DNA of 63,909 bases, filler included, from Reticulomyxa filosa (Eukaryota > Protista > Foraminifera), in the NCBI GenBank assembly GCA_000512085.1. It is 24 parts of 24 records of this genome, joined end to end, with 100 filler letters (N's around TTAATTAATTAA, not from the genome) between each part and the next. Parts side by side here need not be neighbours in the genome. Positions count along the whole stretch, not along the records: positions 38,504 to 40,141 come from ASPP01025668.1; positions 40,242 to 42,034 come from ASPP01010427.1; positions 42,135 to 43,292 come from ASPP01001254.1; positions 43,393 to 47,964 come from ASPP01020180.1; positions 48,065 to 57,322 come from ASPP01046947.1; 19 more parts are not named here. One strand, given 5' to 3'. How positions within the stretch are numbered: position 1 is the stretch's first letter; each line of letters starts with the position of its first letter. The notes beneath the pieces were generated by a model. It saw only the letters and a program-made list of their open reading frames with translations. It was not told where the DNA came from and did not search any database. Of the stretch, positions 38,631-49,427 are shown in pieces. Position numbers and translations under genes: made by a program.

Positions 38631-40241
38631 ATTTAAATAACATTCCTTTTTTTCATGTGTTATCTTTATTATTTTATGGATGTTAAAAACAAATTGATAA
38701 TGTCATGATATTAAGAAGAAAAGCTTGAAACATGGAATTTTAGTATTAATAAACAGTTTGTATACGTAGTTATTCTTGAAATGATTTAAAGATTTAAACA
38801 ATAATTACTATTATGACTTCTAAACGATAACAATAATAGACATCGCTGTAGAAACATTCACAAATATGTCGCATTGTCCGCAAATGAAAGTATTTGTTCA
38901 AAGATTTTGATTAAATGAAATAAACTTTAGTAGAATTGTACTTTGAGAAAGAAAACAAATTTATCAATTAAAAATGAAATTTAGAAAGAATATAACAAGT
39001 TAATTATTGGAAATGTAAACAGATTATTTGTGAATTGGAAAGATTGAATCAATAGCAAGCATATAATATTAAAACAATCAAATCAATGCAAAAAGGAAAC
39101 ACAAATAAGTATCCTAGCAACTTAGATCGTAACTTTTGAGAAACACTTTTGATAATTACTATTTTTTACCACATAAAAAAAATTGTAAACGAGAGTAAAA
39201 AAAGGGGTTAAAAAACTGTGTCGAACAAAAAAACTATCTTTATAATAACTAAACTTTAAAATAAGTATGCATTACAAAGCTTTTGTTTGTTTCGAAGAGG
39301 AAACGCATGAAGTGACTTGTCTCTTTGAACTTAAAAAGTTTGGAAGTTAAAGTGGTAGAACTAATGAACACAACTGTTAATTATAATGGTTTTAAAATTG
39401 CTGACAACAATGATCAAGATATCGCCAATGATCAACAATCAAAGATTGCATTTGAAGTTCAACCTGTTTTCTTTTTTATTTATTTCGTTCACAGTTTTGG
39501 AATTGATTTGATTAATTATTGTATTCTTTACTTAATTTAACCTCATAATCGACAGCATATATATTTCCATTAATAATTTACCATCAATAATCTACTATCA
39601 ATAATCTTTACATTGGAATATGTTTTATTTTTCCATTTGAAATATTATTTGTAATAACAATTAAATTTGTTCATTTTAAATAAAGGATGGATATTTATGA
39701 ATGTTTTTACATCACAATCTAAAACTCTTTTTGGAAATAAAATTGTCCAAGCTGTGCTTTGTCAGGATATCGTGAAAACTCGCTGTGTTTTTTTTTTGAA
39801 ACAATGAACAATTGAAACAAGGACAAAGTAAGACGATAAATTATTTGCAATGAATAACTAACAAAACATATAAACAGCACTTTAATTGAAAATTTTGCAT
39901 CACAATTGTTAGTACAACTTAGTCGATTAAGATTGGAAAGTTTACTTTTATTTTAATTAAAAAAGATTATCAACTTATATATAATTTCGATGTTTTTATT
40001 GTTACGTTTTAATAAATTGTTGTACTATTCAAAATTGTTGCTTTTGATGATATTTTTAGCATTTTAGTTATACTTTAACATGAAATTAATGCAAAACTTT
40101 TTTTTCAATTATGTTTTCACTTCCTTCGCTATATTAAATTTNNNNNNNNNNNNNNNNNNNNNNNNNNNNNNNNNNNNNNNNNNNNTTAATTAATTAANNN
40201 NNNNNNNNNNNNNNNNNNNNNNNNNNNNNNNNNNNNNNNNN

Positions 40242-40552
40242 TGAGTTACATCTGTAGCTGGGCAAATTCTTATACAATTAGAGCTTGCAGTGCCTGAACC
40301 CATCGCCGGAGTTACTCCATTAATTTGTGCAATATTTGTACTTGAATTATTAGATAAAGTAACTCTTTGACAACCAACATCTGCTGCTCCTGTTCCCGTA
40401 CTTACTGTTGCACCATTAATCTGAACTAAATTATTGCTATTAGTACTTGAATTTGAAGCAATTGCAACACGTAAACAGCCAGCATCTGCCGTACCATTAC
40501 CTGTTGAAATTGTATTATTTCCTGCGAGAGTTTGAATAGAAACTTTTTGCAT
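40242..40552 (-). CDS. Virus-like repeat (fibre/structural-like) protein, 3'-partial
   Basis: Three 32-37-aa repeats with consensus NxxQINGxTxSTGxGxAxxGCxRVxxAS; G/S/T/N-rich; intronless; AAAAATG start context. Confidence 0.6.
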
Positions 40553-40597
40553 TTTTTTTTTAAAAGACTCAATATAAAGACGTCAAAAATTTTTTGC

Positions 40598-41095
40598 TTA
40601 ATCTTCATCATCAAAATTTGCAGTCAAAACCATTGCATTTTTTACCACTCGACAAAAATAATTGTAATCATATATTTTAGCACAAAGAAGTTCTACAGCA
40701 TTCATCATTTGATTAATAAATCGCCAATGAGCACAAATCTTTTCAGGTTCAACTCCTTGGCATCCACAAAAACCAAAACGAACGTGGACAGGATAATTTG
40801 AGAACTCTTCTTTGAATGTTTTTTCGTATTCTTGTACTCGTTTTTCTAGGTGTGCTAAGTTTTCAGTTTTTTGATCTTCTGTTTGTGATAAAATATTGAA
40901 ACCTAACACAGCCTCAGCGATCAAGCTTCTTGTTTTTACAATTTCATGGTTTTGATCGTAGTTTTGATAATCTGAAACGCGAAAATCCGATGCGCTTCTT
41001 TTAAAATATAATTTTTTTTCACCTTCCTTTGTTATTTGATCAAGCGGTTCTTCAAGAAATTCAATTACTTTTGCGTCTTCTTTTTCGTCGCTCAT
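40598..41095 (-). CDS. Hypothetical 165-aa protein with SWIM-like CxC-x7-CxH motif (virus-like cluster)
   Basis: Intact intronless ORF from ATG 41095; FCGCQGVEPEKICAHW. Confidence 0.65.
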   Translation of the reverse strand: MSDEKEDAKVIEFLEEPLDQITKEGEKKLYFKRSASDFRVSDYQNYDQNHEIVKTRSLIAEAVLGFNILSQTEDQKTENLAHLEKRVQEYEKTFKEEFSNYPVHVRFGFCGCQGVEPEKICAHWRFINQMMNAVELLCAKIYDYNYFCRVVKNAMVLTANFDDED

Positions 41096-41206
41096 TGTTT
41101 TTTTATTAACAAGTTGAAACAAGTTTTAAATGAAAAGAAAAAGGGTTTTTACAAATTCCAAAAAACTACAGTCAAAAATTATCAATTCAAATTTTATGTC
41201 TCACAA

Positions 41207-41666
41207 TTATTCTTGTTTCTGCCGAACACGTGAAGCAACGACCATTTGTTCCATGAGAATTAACATGTTTAGCTTTTCCTCCACAAGGGAATGGCGGGAA
41301 AAGTAAGTTTTGTATGAAACGAGATGTACTTTCTAATCACTTTTTACCGTTTTTTTCAATAACAGTCCTTCGACTTTTAATAACCTTACCACGTATTCAT
41401 AACTCGTAAGAAATGATTCTGGACCCACTAAAAATAACTGGGTAGACGATTTTGGAATGATTTCTTCATATTTATAAAAGTAATTCAGTACAACGGTTAG
41501 CATTTCATTGAGCATTTTGGCTTTTATTTGATTCTTTTTCTCCAATAAACCGAATAATCATTTTTGATACACCAGCAGGGAAGACCTGTAGCGAAAAATC
41601 ATGTCCAGTTACAAGAAAGGGATCAACCTCCAACATTGACACATCAAGTTCATTTAAAAAAGACAT
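41207..41666 (-). pseudogene. Interrupted hypothetical gene of about 150 aa (virus-like cluster)
   Basis: ATG 41666 MSFLNELDV..FPAGVSKMIIRFIGEK, frameshift at the A-run near 41537 into KNQIKAKMLNEML.., internal TAG at 41333-41335, continuing KVHLVSYK..SLVEEKLNMLILMEQMVVASRVRQKQE to TAA at 41207. Confidence 0.5.
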
Positions 41667-41753
41667 TTTTATAAAAAAGATGTTTGAAAGTTTTTTTCAA
41701 AGATGCGAAAAAAAGAAACGTAAAAGAAACAAAGAAGTAAAGGGTTTTTTCAA

Positions 41754-42032
41754 TCAAACAAGTTCATAGTCCTTTTTCATAGTTTTTCCGATCCATCTTG
41801 CAACATGTTTCATTTTTCTTTTATTCACATCAATATAAGCTATAAGTATTCCTAATTCTGTTTTTATTAAATTTGGGTGCCACCATACCATTTGTTCGAT
41901 GTCAAATTCATCTGGGTGAAAATAACTGACAGAACGTTTTTCTCTCTTTTTAAAAATTTCTTGTTTAATTTTTTTGTTACGTTCAACTGTTTCAATTTGT
42001 TTTCTATAATAGCTGATAATTTTTAGAATATC
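41754..42032 (-). CDS. Hypothetical protein, 5'-partial (virus-like cluster); not in the ORF track
   Basis: Open frame DILKIISYYRKQIETVERNKKIKQEIFKKREKRSVSYFHPDEFDIEQMVWWHPNL..KKDYELV*. Confidence 0.6.
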   Translation of the reverse strand, partial: DILKIISYYRKQIETVERNKKIKQEIFKKREKRSVSYFHPDEFDIEQMVWWHPNLIKTELGILIAYIDVNKRKMKHVARWIGKTMKKDYELV

Positions 42033-42729
42033 GCNNNNNNNNNNNNNNNNNNNNNNNNNNNNNNNNNNNNNNNNNNNNTTAATTAATTAANNNNNNNNNN
42101 NNNNNNNNNNNNNNNNNNNNNNNNNNNNNNNNNNCGGAATATCCATTGAGGCAAATGTTGAACAATATCAGACAAGATATTCGTGCAACTAAATATGGCG
42201 AATGGTATTGTGTGGAAAGTCAAGATACCACTGATTATGACATCGTTTTTCAACAAAGAAAATTTTCAAAACTTTTTTTTTTTTTTTGAAAGAAATAAGC
42301 AAGTGATTCACTTGAGTACTTTTTGTTTTTTGTTTTTTTTTTTTTTTTTTTTTGCATTAAGTTATTTTTGTTTCCAAGTCTCAAATGTTTGTAGCGTTGC
42401 AAATAGCATTGCTTTTCATAATCATAGTTTATAGCTAAATTCAACATGTGTTGTCTACTTAAAAATAGAAAATTTTCCTAAACAAAGTTGTTGACATCTC
42501 AAGATGTTATTTCTTCGATAAAAATATCGTGAGAAAGATAATTTTAAAGAACAATAGTCATGAACAGTCATCCTTCAAAGAGAACAAAAACTATTGTGTT
42601 TTTTAAATAACAAAAAATAGTACCAAAAAACTCTTGTCAGCCCCCCAAAAAGTGTTTGCGTTTTTTTTTTTGGCTTGATACTATTTTACAGAAGAAAGAA
42701 CGCTGTTAATTGATCAAGAAAGAGAATGA

Positions 42730-42990
42730 TTAGCCTTATAACATACTGTGTTTCTTTAACAAATGAACCACAAAACTGTAGATACACTGGTATGCTATTT
42801 TTTCAATCAAATTGAAAATAATGCAGTGGGATTATTTAATATTAAAATATTATTTAAAGGTTTATTTGAAACAAAACAATGGAAAATGTCCAATTGAAAA
42901 TCATGATTATGAATTTTCAGAAAATAAATGCAAAAGAACAAGTATTAGGATTATTTGTAATGTATCATCAAGCATGATTCATGTGTACGT
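42730..42990 (+). pseudogene. Degraded TRAF/RING-type zinc finger family relic
   Basis: YLKVYLKQNNGKCPIENHDYEFSENK parallels CLNQFLSQNPNSCPIELHDNCSYSQSR of the intact paralogue at 57423-57907. Confidence 0.6.
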
Positions 42991-43392
42991 TTACAGTTAA
43001 GTGAGAAAAGAGAAAAATAGATAATCTTTATAATATGGTAATAAAAAGATATGAGAAACATAACACTAATTTAAAAACAAAATATTTCATTTCAAGAATT
43101 ATATGAAAAAATCACGTTTTTATTCAACCCAAAAAAAGTTGAGATGGTATTTTAGGATAAAACTATTAAAAGAAAACAAATATGCAATTGTTTGAATCCA
43201 GTTGTTGTAAAAAAAAAAAACACGGTTAAATTACCTCATGTTTATGATGATTTTTTTAATGCTGCCCTAAGTCTTTTCAAACAAAAAAAAAANNNNNNNN
43301 NNNNNNNNNNNNNNNNNNNNNNNNNNNNNNNNNNNNTTAATTAATTAANNNNNNNNNNNNNNNNNNNNNNNNNNNNNNNNNNNNNNNNNNNN

Positions 43393-43431
<39 letters not shown>

Positions 43432-43434
<3 letters not shown>

Positions 43435-44923
43435 AGGCCCGCAATTTCGCATCCAGCCAAAAGGCAGTCCCAAAAAAGATGGAAGCGGTGACGTCGACTT
43501 TGACGCAAAAGACATGAGCGCGCCTCAAAAAAATGGAGTGTCGATAGCAGCGGTCTATGAATATCGTCGCGCCGACATATCAAAACATGGCGCCGTTGCA
43601 ACGAGAGAAAGACCAGAGATCCGTTCAAGGCGACATGCTGTGGCTGGCGAAAGTAAAAGTCGAAGTCGAGTTGGAAGTAAGAGTAGGGGCGATAGCAAGA
43701 CCAGATATCGTCATAGACACAGATATCGAAACAGGCATAGAAGCAAAAGCAATAGCAAGAGTAGAAGTAGAAGTAGAAGTCGAATTCGCAATCGAAATAG
43801 AACGAGAAATCAAAGTAAGAGTAGAAGTGAAAGTCAAAATCAAAATCCAAATCAAATTCCAAATCAAACTCAAATTCCAAACCAAATTCCAAATCAAAAC
43901 CAAAACCAAAATCAAAACCAAAATCAAAATCAAAATCAAAATCAAAATCAAAATCAAAATCGACATAGAAACAGAAAAATGGACAGCAATGAAGTGGACC
44001 GATTTCGACCTAGTGAAGAGGACTTGAAATATGCGGCATTTGTCGGCAGCAGTAAGAATGAGAACGAGGCCGCGAATCAGTCGGTAATGATTGATCACCA
44101 AGACACAAGTAATGTACAAAAAAAGGGAGAGGACATTCCGACAAATATGCTGGTAATCACGACGATGTGCAAACCAAAATCACGCTGTTATCCACACAGT
44201 CCAAAGTGCACAAGCCGGCGGAACTTTCGTCGACAGTGAGGTTAAGTAGACAAACAAAAATATTATATACATATATACATATATATATATATGTATATAT
44301 ACATAGGGAAGTGGTGGTCGCAAAGAAGACAAAAAAAGAAAGCAGCTCCAATAAAACCTTGAAAGATCTTCAAAACCCTTTGAACAACCCCAAATCGGAA
44401 TTTATTGTTTTGGTGAGCAGTGACAACAAAGACGGTCGATCTCGCCGTGTGATGAATGTGAACACAACCGCCAAAATGGAAACACAAGACAAGCCTGCTC
44501 ACAACCACGAACCCAATACCAACAACAATAACAATAACAATAATAATAACAACAATGACAATAACAACAATGACAATAACAACACTGCATCCACCTCTCT
44601 TCTCTCTCCAAAGCCTGCCTCACTTGTACCCGCCACTGTCTCGGCTTCGTCTGAAGGCTCACTGTCATCCCCTTCCACTCGTGCGGATGACAATCGCAAT
44701 CATGTCCACACACGAGATAACAACCCCGTGGCTCACAGCAGTCATGACCGTGACAACACGCCAAACAATGGCGTGCTTGCAAAGGAGTCGTCACAAAGTG
44801 CCAAAGGTGAAGTCGATATTGTACAAATGTTGACTTCAAGAAAACATGATCAAATGATTATTACCAATCCACAACAGGCATATATAAAAATAATCTTTTT
44901 TTTTGCGTGTTTGCGTATACCCC

Positions 44924-44956
<33 letters not shown>

Positions 44957-46275
44957 TTAAAAAATGGGTTGACACATATAGTCTCTGGTTGGTCCAGATT
45001 GGAATATTTGTTGGAATTATTTCTCCGCACTCGGTTGTCGACGTGGCAACAGTTGTTTGTGGAAGCATGGAATGCCGACGAATCCAATCGTACAATTCCA
45101 AATACTTCCACCTGCCAAACAAACCCGACAATTGTTGAAAGATTTGTACTTGAACGAAGATAAGAAAGCAGTGAAACCGGCCATCGCCACCACTGCTTTG
45201 ATCCACAAAACAGTTACCAAGAAACCAAACGCGGCCAACAGTGATGGCAAAAATGAAGACAAATTGGATCAAGAGCTGACCCAAGTTTTGGAATCGATCC
45301 AAATGCAAGAGTCAAAGACCAAACAACAACAACATTTGGAATACCCCCTCAGTCAACCAATTGGTGGTGGTAGTCACAACGATATGGTTGGGCCGATGTA
45401 TCATCCGGCAAATCCTTATTTTGCACCAGTTATTGCACCACCATCTGCAGAGTTGAGTTTTTTTTTTTTTTGAGAAAGAATAGGGAACCCCTTTTTTTTT
45501 TTTTTTTCCTCTCCCAAATCTATTGTATGTGCACGTACATCACATATATGCAGTGATGCAAAACCTTCATCTCTCAAGACTGGACATTACCATGGACACC
45601 GAGGAACAGGGGTCGGTTCTGCCACCTCTGCTCAACGTGCAGTTGGCTTTGAGCCTTACAAGTCCTCGTATTCTTCAACTTTGTCAACGACACATCCCAA
45701 CAAAGCCCATCGCAAGATAGCGAGACAATCGTTCAAACCGCGGGGGCCTCGAACTTCAAAAAATATCTCCAAAGTCTACAAAGCAGGGGCCTCTGCAACA
45801 TCAACCACAATCACAGACGACGCAATAGTAACTGAAAACGCAAGCAGTATAAAGCACACGTATTTGCAATCTATTCCTGTAACGGTCATTCCCAATGCCG
45901 CCTCGTCGCCCAATGCCAAAGATAGGGACTTCCAACCTCTTAAAAAAGAGACCAAACCTTTGTGTCGGTATGGAAACCTGTGCACGCGAAAAGATTGTCA
46001 ATACAGACATTTGATGGGCAGAACAGGTACGGTACATTCTATTCGTAAAAATCTTCTTTCTAATACTTGTTCTCCGTGGCAAACGCCGGACAAACATATC
46101 AAACACACTAGCCTTCCGAAACGATAACATAACACAAGCTGTGAAACTTACGAGTAGTGAAAAAAGTGACGTTGTTTGCCGCTTTGATGAAAAGTGCACG
46201 AGAGTGGGATGCGTTTATTTGCATCCCAATCGAGACAAAAAAGAAGTCAACTTTGTCCAAAAAAATACTTCCTAG
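43432..46275 (+). CDS. RS/QN/Asn-rich protein with two C-terminal Nab2-type CCCH zinc fingers (probable RNA-binding); 5'-partial, multi-exon
   Basis: RS-rich and (QN)n tracts; CRYGNLCTRKDCQYRH and, after intron 46027-46111, CRFDEKCTRVGCVYLHP (both C-x5-C-x4-C-x3-H). Stop at 46273-46275; one indel at the A-run near 44120. Confidence 0.75.
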
Positions 46276-46652
46276 TAATACAAAATCAAGTGAGAAAACT
46301 TTGGATATAGCTAAATTAAACAAGGGGAGACATATACATATATAAATCACATATTGACACAATCAAGGAGATCAAATTGCGTCTTTGTTGCCTTTTTTTT
46401 TATTTTATGACAAATGTTTTCAAAGAAAACTTGCAGGCTTTGAGATTTTTTTGTACTTTTGTCAACCAAAAAAAAAAAAAACAGCTTATGTGAGATTTTA
46501 AATTTAACCACCTGAACCGGAAGAAAATCATTCGAAAACAAAGCCACTTTTTCTTTTTGAAAAGTCATACTCACAGCTTTAGTAATGATAAATCTACATT
46601 GTGGCTAGAAAAAAAAAAAAAGGGGACATTTGGGATCCTTTGAAAATTGATA

Positions 46653-47948
46653 ATGAATAGCAGTAGCGAATTACTTCCATTGGAATTTTTGACAAGCTCA
46701 GAATTCCAGTATCATTTTGAACTTTTGTCACACAATAGGATAAGGTCGTTATCATATGAACATTGTTGGGATCATTCAAGCGGGACCACGTCGTATCTTT
46801 ACAGTGACGGAGCACAGCGATCGCTGATGGCGTCATGGAGCCGGAATATTGACAAAATTGAGGAGAAATTGCGTGAGATTGGCAGGTTGGATGTGGAAGA
46901 CTTGGCATGGGAAGAGTTGGAGATAGTGGAATATCTGATGGGACTGTACCATAGGAATGGGGGTTGGATAAATGTATATGACAGCGATAACAAAGATAGT
47001 TTGGATTTGGACAGTTTGTTATCTCCACGGAAGGCAATGAAAGATGTGCACGAGCAAGCGTTGTCATTCGAGTATGTGTTGAAGCAAACAGGAGCATGGA
47101 TGTGCATAGAGACGAATAAAAAGAAGATGATGAGTAAGCAAAGTGCAAAGGAAGGATTGGAATCGCAGCAAATCAAGTATTGGGTGCAATATGTCATCCG
47201 ACATTGTCATTTCCTCATGAGACGTTATTTGATCATTGATCGTTTGATATCCAAAATAATTGCGAAATATAAGCATTATGTTCCAAGTCCAAGTGTAGCA
47301 ACAAGTAAGACGAATACAACAAATATAGCTCGCATCCGACGACAATTAATGAGTGTGCCACAAATGCAACAGAAAAATTGGAATGCTCAAAACACATTGT
47401 TGCAAACGACCAGTTATCGTGACTACACTCTGACAGCTGCTAAGATGAAGGAGATCCTTGGCATGTTCCGGATGATGTGGGATTGCGCAACCGAACATCA
47501 TCATCGATACTCACGTCCTGCGATCGTGACGCAAAAAGAATCGGAACTTGACAAACTGCAACAAGAGTGGCATACCTTGTGCAGAAAAGAAGAAGCGGAA
47601 AAAATACAACGGCAACGTGCCCAAGCTGCCAACAAAGCCAATTGGTTTTTCAACAAAGTCTTGAGTAATCTCTTCTCCTCTTTCTTGCCTAACAAATCCT
47701 CACAGTCACAACAGCCCAATGTCGACGACGCCAAAACCAACAATGGCGATCAGTCCAGTTCAGATGCCAACTTGTTCCTTTTCATGTTGCGTTCACATAT
47801 GAGATGTCGCTCAGAAATCATGGCGGATGCACGAGCAATGTTGCGTTTACGAAAAGATCTTTGGTTGGACTCTGCGAATGATTATAATAATGATGGTTAT
47901 GATAATGATAATGATAATGATAATGATGTTGGAACCGAAAGGGTTTGA
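46653..47948 (+). CDS. Hypothetical helical protein, about 430 aa, single long exon
   Basis: Long ORF with coding-like GC content; no motif recognised; DN repeat near the end. Confidence 0.65.
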   Translation: MNSSSELLPLEFLTSSEFQYHFELLSHNRIRSLSYEHCWDHSSGTTSYLYSDGAQRSLMASWSRNIDKIEEKLREIGRLDVEDLAWEELEIVEYLMGLYHRNGGWINVYDSDNKDSLDLDSLLSPRKAMKDVHEQALSFEYVLKQTGAWMCIETNKKKMMSKQSAKEGLESQQIKYWVQYVIRHCHFLMRRYLIIDRLISKIIAKYKHYVPSPSVATSKTNTTNIARIRRQLMSVPQMQQKNWNAQNTLLQTTSYRDYTLTAAKMKEILGMFRMMWDCATEHHHRYSRPAIVTQKESELDKLQQEWHTLCRKEEAEKIQRQRAQAANKANWFFNKVLSNLFSSFLPNKSSQSQQPNVDDAKTNNGDQSSSDANLFLFMLRSHMRCRSEIMADARAMLRLRKDLWLDSANDYNNDGYDNDNDNDNDVGTERV

Positions 47949-49427
47949 ATTCCGGGTTTTTAAANNNNNNNNNNNNNNNNNNNNNNNNNNNNNNNNNNNN
48001 NNNNNNNNTTAATTAATTAANNNNNNNNNNNNNNNNNNNNNNNNNNNNNNNNNNNNNNNNNNNNTTTTTTTGAGATATCAACAAAAGTGACTGATTAAAT
48101 TGTATTGTGATGCTGCTCATCTTTATCTTCAACATTTCATTTTTTTTTGTTTTCACAATAATTTTAGTTCAATCTTTTTCTTCTTAAAATAAAAAATACT
48201 TTTAAGACCCCTAAACTCCGTTGTCCTTTTTTTCTCTGAATATTGTGCCCCTTATATTTTAGAATATTGTCTGAATATCTAATTTTGTATTAATCACATA
48301 TGCCAATAGACGTACATTTCAAAAATAAAATTAAAGCTTTTTTGGACTTTTTGTAGCACGATCACATTGTAACGATTTATTTGATTTGTGATTTTATTGA
48401 TTGTAAAATAACTTATTGACCATAATTTTCGGCAAAAGTAATAAAAGTTAGCATTTGGCGTAATTTAGAATTATGTTTGGTCTAACACAGAAGAAAGCGC
48501 AAACGTAATGACTTCTGTTTCAAAAAAAACTACTGTTTCAACGACAAACTTCGTTTTCATAGTTTAGTTATGTAATTTCCTTAGCATTCAATGAATTAAA
48601 AAAATACTGTCGTAACTTTGAATATAGCTAAAGAGGTGTGACTATGACACATAAAAAAAAAAAAAAAATGGAACTGGACCCCTTTTTGGAATCTTTTGGA
48701 ATCAATAAATTTGTTGTGCATATTTTTCAAAGAATTGAAATGTTTGCTGATTTAGCCTCGCAAGTTGTATTTTGAATTTAGAGTATTAATTTCTGCTTTC
48801 ACTTGTTATATAGTCATACAAAACTGTAATGATAACACATTCCTCGATAGAAAAATGTTGTATTGCATTTAAAAAATTCGACAGTTTGAGAACAAAGCTG
48901 AGAAAATGAATATATATATTTGCAATGTCTAAGGAAAAAACTAAAAAGAATAATAAATCAAGAGTATTTGTATAAGAAATAAGTAATTCACTGAGCGAGT
49001 GGTTTATCTTGATGCAAACCTTGATTGTCTTTAAATTTTTACAATTAAGAAAGAAAAGTGGTAGTAGTCTATATATATACATATATATATGCTAATTAAT
49101 AACATTATATAATTCCTCATTGTAAATTATATCAATGAAGAAGAAGAATTATTTGTAGTAAATTGAATCAATTAAAAATATTGATTATTATATCTGACTA
49201 ACTCAATTACAAGCTTTCTAAAAAAATTATTTAGTTTGAATTAAAAAATATATATTAACAAAGCATAGACAAAATAATTCGATTGAAATCATCAATCCAA
49301 CCAATAAAATATCGTAATTGAGTTTCTTGTAACCATCTTAAAATGATAAAATCGACATGTTTTGGATCCCACTTAATTTATGTATTTTATGTATTTTAAA
49401 AATATATATAAATATATATAATATAAA

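Noticed and set aside
41167-41666. Alternative genetic code (TGA read-through): one minus-strand frame has six TGA codons and reads on for about 165 codons
   Set aside because: Most of the TGAs arise as xxT-GAx shadows of the overlapping frame (AAT GAA, TAT GAA, AGT GAT); neighbouring ORFs use TGG for Trp and one ends in TGA. A frameshift plus one TAG is the simpler explanation.
43514-44119. Four overlapping long ORFs on both strands (IKIKIK, ILILIL, FDFDF)
   Set aside because: By-product of stop-free hexamer repeats (AATCAA, AGTAGA) in the RS/QN-rich exon.
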